Origin: Clostridia bacterium
GTDB taxonomy: Bacteria; Bacillota; Peptococcia; DRI-13; UBA5745
Direction of reading: 5' to 3'
DNA: 64,000 nt
NCBI GenBank assembly: GCA_018436095.1
Contig: JAHDMJ010000018.1
Location: forward strand, 258,434-322,433
The notes beneath the pieces were generated by a model. That model made no database searches, was not told where the DNA came from, and worked only from the letters and a program-made list of their open reading frames with translations. Within the stretch, counting starts at the first letter, position 1; each line of letters starts with the position of its first letter. Both the position numbers and the translations under genes were made by a program. Below are positions 46,915-55,371 of the stretch, piece by piece.

Positions 46915-47454
46915 ATGATGACAACCCTGCAAAGGAAGGAACATAACCACAATACCTTTACTTGGGAGAAGAGCCTGGGAGATATTAAAAAAGGCCGGGA
47001 GACCCTAGGGGAAGATATGCCGGTGCTGGTTTACCGCTTGATGCAGTATACCATGCTGGATGTACTAAGCAAGGCTTACGGCAATGAAAGGGCCAATGAT
47101 CATTTCCGGCAGTCCGGCTATTTGGCAGGCAGAGAATTTGCCAGCCATGTACTGGACTTGACTGTAGAATTTGATACCTTTGTGGCCAGCCTGCAAAAGA
47201 AGCTGAGAGAATTAAAAATCGGTATTTTGCGCATGGAAAATATTAATGAAATGACGGGAGAAATCATTCTTACCGTAGCTGAAGATTTGGACTGCAGCGG
47301 CTTGCCTATCAGTGGTGAAACTGTTTGCTATTATGACGAAGGCTTTATTGCCGGCATTCTTGAGGCCTACACTGGTAGAAGATACCAGGTGCGGGAAATT
47401 GACTGTTGGGCTAGCGGCGATAGGGTATGCCGTTTCCAGGCCATCGCCCAGTAA
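46915..47454 (+). CDS. V4R (4-vinyl reductase-type) small-molecule-binding domain protein
   Basis: C-terminal DCSGLPISGETVCYYDEGFIAGILEAYTGRRYQVREIDCWASGDRVCRF matches the V4R Cys pattern. Confidence 0.7.
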   Translation: MMTTLQRKEHNHNTFTWEKSLGDIKKGRETLGEDMPVLVYRLMQYTMLDVLSKAYGNERANDHFRQSGYLAGREFASHVLDLTVEFDTFVASLQKKLRELKIGILRMENINEMTGEIILTVAEDLDCSGLPISGETVCYYDEGFIAGILEAYTGRRYQVREIDCWASGDRVCRFQAIAQ

Positions 47455-47468
47455 TAAGGAGTTAATTA

Positions 47469-49493
47469 ATGCGAGTATTTCCTGTTTTCTTGCTATTTTA
47501 TGCGGCAGTTTTAATTAAAACCGTCGTTATAGTTGCCGGTGAATCACTGATACTAGCAGGTTTCAGCCGCTTACTGATTTGGGCGGCTTTTTTTCTGTTG
47601 CTTCTTGTCATTTTTAACCGCATAAAAAGATATTTAGAAGGGCTATCTGTAGAATATCCTGACCGCTCCAAAAAGGATGACGAGGGGGATAAACCTTCGC
47701 ACACAGAAATTGAGCTGCCGGAAAAACATTTAGGTTCCGAGGAAATCGATTTTAAGAAGTTGGAGCTAATAGATAAATGGGATCAGTGCTTTGAAGAGGG
47801 ACCTAAAGATAGCAGTAGATTGCAAGATTTGCTTGAAAGGATAGGGGCTGCTTTTAAGCGCCGCCATAAGCCGGATTGGCAGAGGGAGCCCCGGGAAGCG
47901 GAAAGAGCACAAATAGCAAGGGACAAAGACGCGGCTGAGCCTTTTGCAGAGGAACTAACCGAAATACGTAAAAAAAGTCAGTCTGAGGAACTGCATTTAC
48001 AAGGGAAATCTATCCGCGATTATTATATTCGGGCTGCTTCGGTCTTCTATGTGCTGGTTTTAGCAGGGGGACTGATTATATTTGCTGCAAGAATGGGCAA
48101 GGTACTGCCTCTTTCCTACCAGGAAGATTATAATTATAGTATTCTTACGGTAGTGTTTTTACTGGCCTTTTCTTTTATTACTACAATATATCTTAAAATG
48201 AGACCCTATCCGGGAACGCGGCCGGGAGACAAGAGCTCTCACGGTATCCTGACGATACTATCGTTTGTTACCCTTATTTATGCGGCGGTCATCGCCGCCA
48301 ATTTGGTTCTGGAAATAAGTATTCTCGGCATATTGCCTTGGGTCTATCGAGGAGTTTCCGTCTATTTTATTATCGTAATAGCTATTAATTTATTGATTTC
48401 CATCCTGAAGCAGGATCTGCTGGGAGATTTCAATTATGAGTTCCTTTATAAGAAGGGCCAACCCACTGCGGTTGACGAAATTTTAAGGGCTGAAGGAATA
48501 AAATTAAATGTTTCTTTCAAATCATTATGGAGTATTAACTATGCCATAAAAATCTTCCCCGGGTTACTTTTCTGCCTAGGGGCTGTTTTGTTGCTGTCAA
48601 CCTCTATTTACGTGGTTCAGCCGAATCAACAGGCTGCCGTTTATCGCTTCGGACGCTTAAATGAGGAGCTTATTGCGGAGCCGGGTCTGCATCTGAAGCT
48701 GCCCTGGCCTATTGATAAAACGGATATTTATGATGTGGAGTCTGTACGGGCCATGCAGATTGGATACGAGGCATCAGAGACCCGAAACTTCTTGTGGAAT
48801 CAGACCCATGACGGAGGAGAGTATACTTTGCTTCTCGGCAACGGCAATGAAGCGGTGGCTGTCAATGTAAAGATATTATACAAAATCGGGGATTTGTATG
48901 CTTATGTAAAAACCTGCACAGATCCGGAATCTGTTTTATCTGCCGCAGCTTATGAGATTATGATGAACCGAACTATAAACACCACCCTTGACGCATTTTT
49001 ATCCATTGACAGAAGCTCCTTTTCTAATCTGCTGGCGGAGAAGCTGGCGGCCTTTTGTGAAGCGGAACAGCTGGGGCTGAAGGTGGTGCAGGTTATTGTT
49101 GAAAGTATTCATCCCCCTGTTGAGGTTGCAGATGTTTATCAGAAAGTGGTCACTGCTTCTGTTGACAAAAAAACGATTATCGCCCAGGCCGAAACTTATG
49201 CTGAAAAGGAATTGATTTATGCAGAGCAGGAAAGCAAAACCATTGTCAACCATGCTTTATCGGAGCAACACCGCAGAATCAGCGATGCCGTAAATGAAAT
49301 GGCTGTTTACTATGCGGCTATGGAGGCTTATCAAGTGAATCCGGAAAGCTTTAAGCTTAATAAATATCTAAATGCTTACGAAACAGTAATTAAAGGAAAT
49401 AAAGTATACGTTTTTTCGCCGGGCGCCGAGGGTAATATTTCTAAATTTCTGATCGGCGGGGACAAAATCACGTTATATCCTCAAGAATATTAG
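47469..49493 (+). CDS. Polytopic (about 7 TM) membrane protein with C-terminal SPFH/band-7 (HflK/C-like) domain
   Basis: Two TM, a ~150-aa charged loop, then five TM. SPFH core follows: VVQPNQQAAVYRFGRLNEELIAEPGLHLKLPWPIDK...VVQVIVESIHPPVEV. Confidence 0.7.
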   Translation: MRVFPVFLLFYAAVLIKTVVIVAGESLILAGFSRLLIWAAFFLLLLVIFNRIKRYLEGLSVEYPDRSKKDDEGDKPSHTEIELPEKHLGSEEIDFKKLELIDKWDQCFEEGPKDSSRLQDLLERIGAAFKRRHKPDWQREPREAERAQIARDKDAAEPFAEELTEIRKKSQSEELHLQGKSIRDYYIRAASVFYVLVLAGGLIIFAARMGKVLPLSYQEDYNYSILTVVFLLAFSFITTIYLKMRPYPGTRPGDKSSHGILTILSFVTLIYAAVIAANLVLEISILGILPWVYRGVSVYFIIVIAINLLISILKQDLLGDFNYEFLYKKGQPTAVDEILRAEGIKLNVSFKSLWSINYAIKIFPGLLFCLGAVLLLSTSIYVVQPNQQAAVYRFGRLNEELIAEPGLHLKLPWPIDKTDIYDVESVRAMQIGYEASETRNFLWNQTHDGGEYTLLLGNGNEAVAVNVKILYKIGDLYAYVKTCTDPESVLSAAAYEIMMNRTINTTLDAFLSIDRSSFSNLLAEKLAAFCEAEQLGLKVVQVIVESIHPPVEVADVYQKVVTASVDKKTIIAQAETYAEKELIYAEQESKTIVNHALSEQHRRISDAVNEMAVYYAAMEAYQVNPESFKLNKYLNAYETVIKGNKVYVFSPGAEGNISKFLIGGDKITLYPQEY

Positions 49494-49529
49494 CCGGATC
49501 TGTCTTTAGGTTAGGAAATGGAGAGCATC

Positions 49530-50408
49530 ATGAATAAAACATTTAAATGGCTATTTGTTGCAGCTTTTGTAACAATTGTGGCCGCCGCCGGTTTTACTTT
49601 TACCGTCAAGGAGGGTTCCTGTGCCCTTGTTTCCAGATTCGGTAAAATTGTCAATGTTCATAATGAAGCGGGACTGCACTTTAAGCTGCCCTGGCCTGTT
49701 GACAAAATTATCAGCTATGATACGAGAAATCAGTACATGGATTCCGGTTATACGGAAACTCTTACAAACGACAAAATTAATATTATTCTGCAGACCTATC
49801 TGGTGTGGAGCATAAAGGACGCGGAGAAATTTCATACCAGCGTCAATGATTATACGGCGGCTCAAAGACATCTCAACGACCTGGTTGCTAATACAAAAAA
49901 CGGTGTCCTAGGCAATTATAAGCTTTCCTCACTTGTATCCACAAACCTGGAGGATATTAAAATTGATGAGATATCGAACACTATTGACGAACAGGTGACT
50001 CAATCGGCCCTGAATAATTACGGTATTGAAATTAAAACTTTGAAAATCAAGCGTCTGGCCCTTCCTGACGCTAATATACAAAGTGTCTTTGAACAAATGA
50101 TAGCCGACCGGCAAAAATATGTTTCCCAGTATATTGCCGAGGGAGAAAGAGATGCCGCTATTATTACCAGTGAAGCAGAAGCTAAGGCCGCTGAGATTAT
50201 TGCCCAAGGTCAGCTGGAGGCTTCGGAAATTAATGCGGAAACTGAAAGGCGTATTGCGGAAATCTATGGCGAGGCTTACGATAGGAACTCCGAGTTGTTT
50301 ATCTTCCTTAAAAAGCTGATTGCTCTTGAGAATTCTGTTAACCCCGATACGATCATTATCATGCGTACAAATGAATCACCCTTTGATATTATTCTGGAAA
50401 CGGATTGA
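49530..50408 (+). CDS. SPFH/band-7 protein, HflC-like
   Basis: Single N-terminal TM, then FTVKEGSCALVSRFGKIVNVHNEAGLHFKLPWPVDK. Alternative start is the ATG at 49518. Confidence 0.75.
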   Translation: MNKTFKWLFVAAFVTIVAAAGFTFTVKEGSCALVSRFGKIVNVHNEAGLHFKLPWPVDKIISYDTRNQYMDSGYTETLTNDKINIILQTYLVWSIKDAEKFHTSVNDYTAAQRHLNDLVANTKNGVLGNYKLSSLVSTNLEDIKIDEISNTIDEQVTQSALNNYGIEIKTLKIKRLALPDANIQSVFEQMIADRQKYVSQYIAEGERDAAIITSEAEAKAAEIIAQGQLEASEINAETERRIAEIYGEAYDRNSELFIFLKKLIALENSVNPDTIIIMRTNESPFDIILETD

Positions 50409-50419
50409 GGAAGCAAATA

Positions 50420-51379
50420 ATGGATGGGAAAAGCTTTGAGATTTTTACGCAAACACTGTCTTATATCATAAAGTACTTCAAATGGGTGGTAACAGGGGCA
50501 GTGGTGCTTATTCTTCTATCGGGCATATATCGGGTTGAGAGTAATGAAGCCGCTGTGGTTCTGCGCTTTGGCCGCCTGGTGGGAAATACAGGCGAGCAGC
50601 AGGTCAAACAGCCGGGACTTCATTTCTCCTTGCCCTTTTTTATTGACGAGGTTATAAAAATCCCCGTTCAAACAGTACACGAAAAAGAAATAACAACTCA
50701 TTACGGCGGCGAGGGGAAAGCCGTAGCTTCAACGATTGAAAACAGCGGCTACCTGCTCACCGGTGATCATAACATCATATTGATCAAGGCAAAAATAAAG
50801 TTCAAAATCGATGATGTGGTACAGTATGCCCTTTATAACGATAATCCTGAAAGCGCCGTCAGCGGTATTATCAGCGGGGAATTAGTGCGGTCCATAACTC
50901 ATATGGATATTGATTCCATATTGACCAGCGGTAAGGCGGAATTATCATTTAGAATCATGGAAAACGCTCAGCGGCTTCTTAATGAGCTGAACACCGGTAT
51001 TCTCATTACCAATGTAGAGTTGACGGACATCGTACCTCCTGCTGAAACGAAAGAGTACTTTGAGGAGGTTATCAATGCATCGGTGAATAAACAGACGGCA
51101 ATTCAGCAGGCCAGGGAATATGCCGCCACAACATTGCTCAATGCAGAGTCCAGCGCAAATTCTTACAAGCAGGAGGCCATTCATATTCAGGCTGAAGCCC
51201 TGACTGTGGTGCGGGCCGAAATTGCAGAATTTAACGGTGTGTATGAGCAGTATATTAAGGATCCTCAAATCATAATCAGCGGTACCTTCCGGCAAAGGGT
51301 CAGCGATATCCTGGCCAAAATGGGGGGCACGGTGATTATACCCGCAGGAGGAGAGGCGCCGGTTATTGTGATGCCATAA
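50420..51379 (+). CDS. SPFH/band-7 protein, HflK-like
   Basis: Single TM, then YRVESNEAAVVLRFGRLVG...PGLHFSLPFFIDE. ATG at 50420 follows GAGGAAG; the tracked TTG at 50405 overlaps the previous stop. Confidence 0.75.
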   Translation: MDGKSFEIFTQTLSYIIKYFKWVVTGAVVLILLSGIYRVESNEAAVVLRFGRLVGNTGEQQVKQPGLHFSLPFFIDEVIKIPVQTVHEKEITTHYGGEGKAVASTIENSGYLLTGDHNIILIKAKIKFKIDDVVQYALYNDNPESAVSGIISGELVRSITHMDIDSILTSGKAELSFRIMENAQRLLNELNTGILITNVELTDIVPPAETKEYFEEVINASVNKQTAIQQAREYAATTLLNAESSANSYKQEAIHIQAEALTVVRAEIAEFNGVYEQYIKDPQIIISGTFRQRVSDILAKMGGTVIIPAGGEAPVIVMP

Positions 51380-51399
51380 CCGGTAGGAAAGGTGAATTG

Positions 51400-53289
51400 A
51401 TGAAAAGTATAGATCATATTGTTAATAATGTTGTCATTGAGCGTTCTCAGGAGTATCTTTCTGATAAGGACAAGCAAAGATTTCAAAGGGAAATTCTATC
51501 CCTGTCCGGCGCTTTGGTTTTCCTTGGGGCCGGGCTGATCTATGGTAAGCTTTTTCCTGACCAGGATATTGTGCAGGCTATTATTTATTTCGCCGGTATC
51601 CTTATCATAGGACTCCCGGTACTGGCAACCGCCCTAGGCGGATTGATTTCCAAAAACATGCAGTCGGCTATGGAGATTTTGGTATCCATAGCAATGATTG
51701 TCTCAGCCCTTGACGGCCAGTTCGTCCTTGCGATTTTGATCCCCGTAATCCTGACCTTCGTACATTTTCTTGAAGAGAAAAGCATTATGGGAGGACGGGA
51801 CGCAATTGACGGTCTGAGAAAAATGCAATCGGAAACTGCTATTTTGCTGCAAGAGGGAAAAGAAACTGAAATTAACGCCAGAATGCTCAAATGCGGAGAT
51901 ATTATTGTGATAAAGCCGGGTATGGCCCTGCCTGTTGACGGGGAGGTTATTTCCGGCGTATCAAGCATAGACCAAAAATCACTGACCGGTGAATCGATAC
52001 CAAAGACAGCTATGGTAAAGGATTCCGTTTTTGCAGGTACGGTCAATATTGACGGCAGCATTCAGGTTAAGGTAACAAAGGAATATTCGGACACATCCTT
52101 TCAGAAGATAGTAAAGCTGCTGGAGGAGGCCGAGTATATCACCATCCCGGAAACCAAAATAGTAGATAAATTTATGTTTTACTATATCCCCCTGACTCTC
52201 GTTGTTGCAGTCCTTGTTTGGCTTTTTTCCCAGGATATCTCAAGAGCTATTGCTATTCTGGTGGTAAGCTGCCCCTGCGGTCATATGCTGATCAGTTCGG
52301 CGCCGATGATTGCCGTGCTCTCCAATGCTTCCCAAAAGGGAATTCTTATCAAGAACTCCGCCTTTCTGCAGCATCTTGCCGAAACAGACTGCGTTATATT
52401 TGATAAGACGGGGACGATAACCAACGGAACCCTTGAAGCCGATAGCTACTATCTGGATCATGCCGCTGATTTTGAGGAATTGATCCGGACAGCGGCTTGT
52501 GTTGCCTATGGCTCATTGCATCCTATATCCAAATCCATTATTGCTTTATGTGAGGAAAACCATGAAAAATGGCCGGAAATCAAAGAACATATCGGCAGGG
52601 GCATTGAAGGGAGAAAAGACGGCGAGGAAATATATTTAGGCAGCTATAGCTGGATATGCTCCCTTGGATATGATATTCCCGGTAAATATGAGGATGTGGG
52701 CACCTGTGACTGGCTCGTAAAAAACGGGCAGGTGCTGGGTTGCATTATCTTTAAGGATACGCCCCGTGAAGAGGCGGCTCCCATTATATCTGAATTGAAG
52801 GAGATCGGCGTAGCAAAAATCTGTTTGCTAACCGGCGATCGTTTTTCTTCGGCAAAAAAGATCAAAGAACAGGTGGGCATCGATGATATGCAATGTGAGC
52901 TTTTACCCCAGCAAAAGCTCGAGCATGTGGAAAATGAGATGAAAAGCCATATCGTTACGGTTGTCGGCGACGGTATCAACGATGCCCTGGCCCTTTCAAA
53001 GGCTCATGTGGGTATTGCAATGGGGGCCATGGGTTCGGATACAGCCATCCAAAGTGCCGATATTGCCTTGATGAACAATAACCTGGCTAATATCCCCTAT
53101 GCCATTAAGCTGGCCCGGAAGACGAAAGGAATTATATATCAGAATATAATTATGGCTTTTTCTATTAGCTTGATTATGATCTTTCTTGCGGGAACCGGTA
53201 TTGTGCCGCCGATCATTGGCGCCTTTTTACATAATGTGGGCGCCTTCACCGTACTGATAAACAGTGGGCGTTTAATCTCCGGAAGCTGA
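51400..53289 (+). CDS. P1B-type (heavy-metal-type) P-type ATPase without N-terminal metal-binding domain
   Basis: LTGESIP, a TM4 CPC motif (VVSCPCGHMLISSAP), DKTGTIT, GDGINDA, eight predicted TM, 629 aa. Confidence 0.85.
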   Translation: MKSIDHIVNNVVIERSQEYLSDKDKQRFQREILSLSGALVFLGAGLIYGKLFPDQDIVQAIIYFAGILIIGLPVLATALGGLISKNMQSAMEILVSIAMIVSALDGQFVLAILIPVILTFVHFLEEKSIMGGRDAIDGLRKMQSETAILLQEGKETEINARMLKCGDIIVIKPGMALPVDGEVISGVSSIDQKSLTGESIPKTAMVKDSVFAGTVNIDGSIQVKVTKEYSDTSFQKIVKLLEEAEYITIPETKIVDKFMFYYIPLTLVVAVLVWLFSQDISRAIAILVVSCPCGHMLISSAPMIAVLSNASQKGILIKNSAFLQHLAETDCVIFDKTGTITNGTLEADSYYLDHAADFEELIRTAACVAYGSLHPISKSIIALCEENHEKWPEIKEHIGRGIEGRKDGEEIYLGSYSWICSLGYDIPGKYEDVGTCDWLVKNGQVLGCIIFKDTPREEAAPIISELKEIGVAKICLLTGDRFSSAKKIKEQVGIDDMQCELLPQQKLEHVENEMKSHIVTVVGDGINDALALSKAHVGIAMGAMGSDTAIQSADIALMNNNLANIPYAIKLARKTKGIIYQNIIMAFSISLIMIFLAGTGIVPPIIGAFLHNVGAFTVLINSGRLISGS

Positions 53290-53374
53290 AAACGAAAGGA
53301 ATAAAAACGCACTGAAACTCCTGAAAAGCTTTTAAAAACTTTAAAAGACGGTCAAAAAAACTAAGGATTTAGTC

Positions 53375-53488
53375 TTGACATTTTGCAGCAGAGCATCTAT
53401 ACTACTAATAGATGGTTAGCTAATGCTAACTTAAAATAAAACCAAAGGGTAGATATATTTTTTTAGACTGTAGTTAGCTATTGCTAAC
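53375..53488 (+). promoter_or_regulatory. Promoter (TTGACA-17-TATACT) plus two copies of a 16-bp palindromic operator GTTAGCTAWTGCTAAC
   Basis: -35 at 53375-53380 and -10 at 53398-53403. Operators at 53415-53430 (GTTAGCTAATGCTAAC) and 53473-53488 (GTTAGCTATTGCTAAC). Confidence 0.7.
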
Positions 53489-53566
53489 CAAGGCTGACTA
53501 AAGCCAGCCTGTGCAATCTTTAATAGAATTATTCGGCAATTTATACAAACCAAAGGAGGAAGCAGC

Positions 53567-54115
53567 TTGAACCGGAATTTTGAAACGCTTTTAGCTCATC
53601 ACTGTGCTCCGCTTTTGTTTTGCAAGAAGCCGGCTGCGCTGCTGGCAGAAAAGAATCTGCCGAAAAAATGTCCCTGGCAGTTGCTACGGCAGAAGGGGTT
53701 CCATATCTTTCGTTTACAATGGCGGGGCCAAACGCCCTTAACCCTTATTTACCATCCCGATATGCTTAACGCCACTTTGTCCCATAAGCGGGCCCGCCGG
53801 GCTCTCGAGGAGATGGGTTATCCCGTGGAAAGCAATTGGCGGGATATGTTGAGTTTTTTACGGCGGCGCTTTTATGAGTCTGAGGATTTCCCCCATGAAG
53901 TCGGTTTCTTTCTGGGTTATCCGCCGGAGGATGTCATCGGTTTTATGGAATGCCGGGAGGATTGCAAACTCTGCGGCCAATGGAAGGTTTTTGGCGATGT
54001 GGAGGAAGCTGAAGCTTTGTTTGCCGAGTACGCCCATTGCCGCAAGACGCTGCTCCGCCATATTGAAAACGGCGGCAGTATTTTCACAGAGGAACTGCCT
54101 GCTTTGGCCGGTTGA
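53567..54115 (+). CDS. DUF3793-like protein
   Basis: LLAHHCAPLLFCKKPAAL...HEVGFFLGYPPEDVIGF pattern. Sits directly upstream of a flavodoxin gene, a common pairing. TTG start after AAAGGAGGAAG. Confidence 0.6.
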   Translation: MNRNFETLLAHHCAPLLFCKKPAALLAEKNLPKKCPWQLLRQKGFHIFRLQWRGQTPLTLIYHPDMLNATLSHKRARRALEEMGYPVESNWRDMLSFLRRRFYESEDFPHEVGFFLGYPPEDVIGFMECREDCKLCGQWKVFGDVEEAEALFAEYAHCRKTLLRHIENGGSIFTEELPALAG

Positions 54116-54170
54116 AGAATAAAAAGGTATGAATAAAAAGTAAGCATACAAATACGAGGAGGAGATTTTG

Positions 54171-54587
54171 ATGACTACTGCAATTGTTTTTTGGAGCGGT
54201 ACAGGCAATACGGAAGCTATGGCAAAAGGAATTGAGGCCGGCCTGAAAGAAAAAGGCGCCGCCGCTGCCCTTTTTACCGTAAGCGAAGTAGACGCCGGTA
54301 TCCTTGATCAATATGAAAAATTCGCTTTCGGCTGCCCCAGCATGGGTGCGGAAGAACTGGAAGAATCAGAATTTGAACCTTTCTTTGCTGCCATTGAAAA
54401 TAAGCTGGCCGGCAAAAAAGTTGCCCTTTTCGGCTCCTACGGCTGGGGTGACGGTGAATGGATGCGTACTTGGCAAGACCGTACGAAGGCCGCAGGAGCA
54501 AATGTTTACGGTGAAGGCTTTATTCAGCAGGAGGCGCCGGACGATGCTGCTTGTAAAGAGTTTGGCGCTGCCTTTGCAGAATTTTAA
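54171..54587 (+). CDS. Short-chain flavodoxin
   Basis: FMN-binding loop IVFWSGTGNTEAMA and later GSYGWGDGEWM. 138 aa. Confidence 0.85.
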   Translation: MTTAIVFWSGTGNTEAMAKGIEAGLKEKGAAAALFTVSEVDAGILDQYEKFAFGCPSMGAEELEESEFEPFFAAIENKLAGKKVALFGSYGWGDGEWMRTWQDRTKAAGANVYGEGFIQQEAPDDAACKEFGAAFAEF

Positions 54588-54697
54588 TAGCCCCATAAAG
54601 TCCCTTTAGGTAACCCCCTAATAACCTTCTCCCTTTTAACCATCTTTACAAACCCCTTAACCCCTTATTCTCTTAACCCTTTTCACAAACCCCCTTT

Positions 54698-54734
54698 GAA
54701 AAGAAGCGGCAGCTAGGGCTGACCGCTTCTTTTC
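54698..54734. terminator. Bidirectional terminator between flavodoxin (+) and the HTH-Dfx-like gene (-)
   Basis: GAAAAGAAGCGG / CCGCTTCTTTTC with a 13-nt loop. Confidence 0.75.
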
Positions 54735-54749
54735 ATTGTACGCACGCTG

Positions 54750-55340
54750 TCATTTGATGGGGAGAGAATATACCGTTAAGCCATGCTCCACACAATACAG
54801 ATACAGTTTGCCGTCTGGCATATGGGGTATGCGTACTGCGGCGCTTTGTTCCGGGTATAGCCGGGTTAGAAAAACCTTATCGCTTTTTACATAGGCCGCA
54901 AATAAAATATAGTGATCCCTTGTCATCTCATGATCAATGGTAATAAAGTAATCCACATCTATTATGTCCGCGGTAATGGAAGGTGTATTTTCATCCTGGG
55001 GGGTAAGCTGATCGAGTTTTTTGCCGCAGCAAAAGATGGAGGAACTTCCCGTGCTGACAAGTACATTTTTACATGATGGACAGACGTAAAATCGGACTTT
55101 ATTTATATTTGCTTCGTCGGGGCGGTTGAGGGCAATTTCCCCTTCCATCATTTGCGCCATATCTGCGCCTAGGATAGCCGACAATTCTGCCCACAAGGAA
55201 ACGTCAGGGCATCCCAGACCGCACTCCCATTTAGATATGGTTTTGTTGCTGATATTAAGGGCTTGCGCAATATTTTGTTGGGTCAGCCCTTTTTCTTTAC
55301 GCAATTCGGCAATTAAGCGGCCAATTTTGACACAGTCCAT
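54750..55340 (-). CDS. XRE-family HTH fused to a desulfoferrodoxin (Dfx/SOR)-like module
   Basis: N-terminus IGRLIAELRKEKGLTQQNIAQALNISNKTISKWECG. Then a CPSC...CCG desulforedoxin-like site and HEMTRDHY...YCVEHG, collinear with Dfx HPM..H...C..H. ATG at 55340 follows GGAAGGAGG. Confidence 0.75.
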   Translation of the reverse strand: MDCVKIGRLIAELRKEKGLTQQNIAQALNISNKTISKWECGLGCPDVSLWAELSAILGADMAQMMEGEIALNRPDEANINKVRFYVCPSCKNVLVSTGSSSIFCCGKKLDQLTPQDENTPSITADIIDVDYFITIDHEMTRDHYILFAAYVKSDKVFLTRLYPEQSAAVRIPHMPDGKLYLYCVEHGLTVYSLPIK

Positions 55341-55371
55341 TATAGGGGCCTCCTTCCCAAAGAGTGATAAT

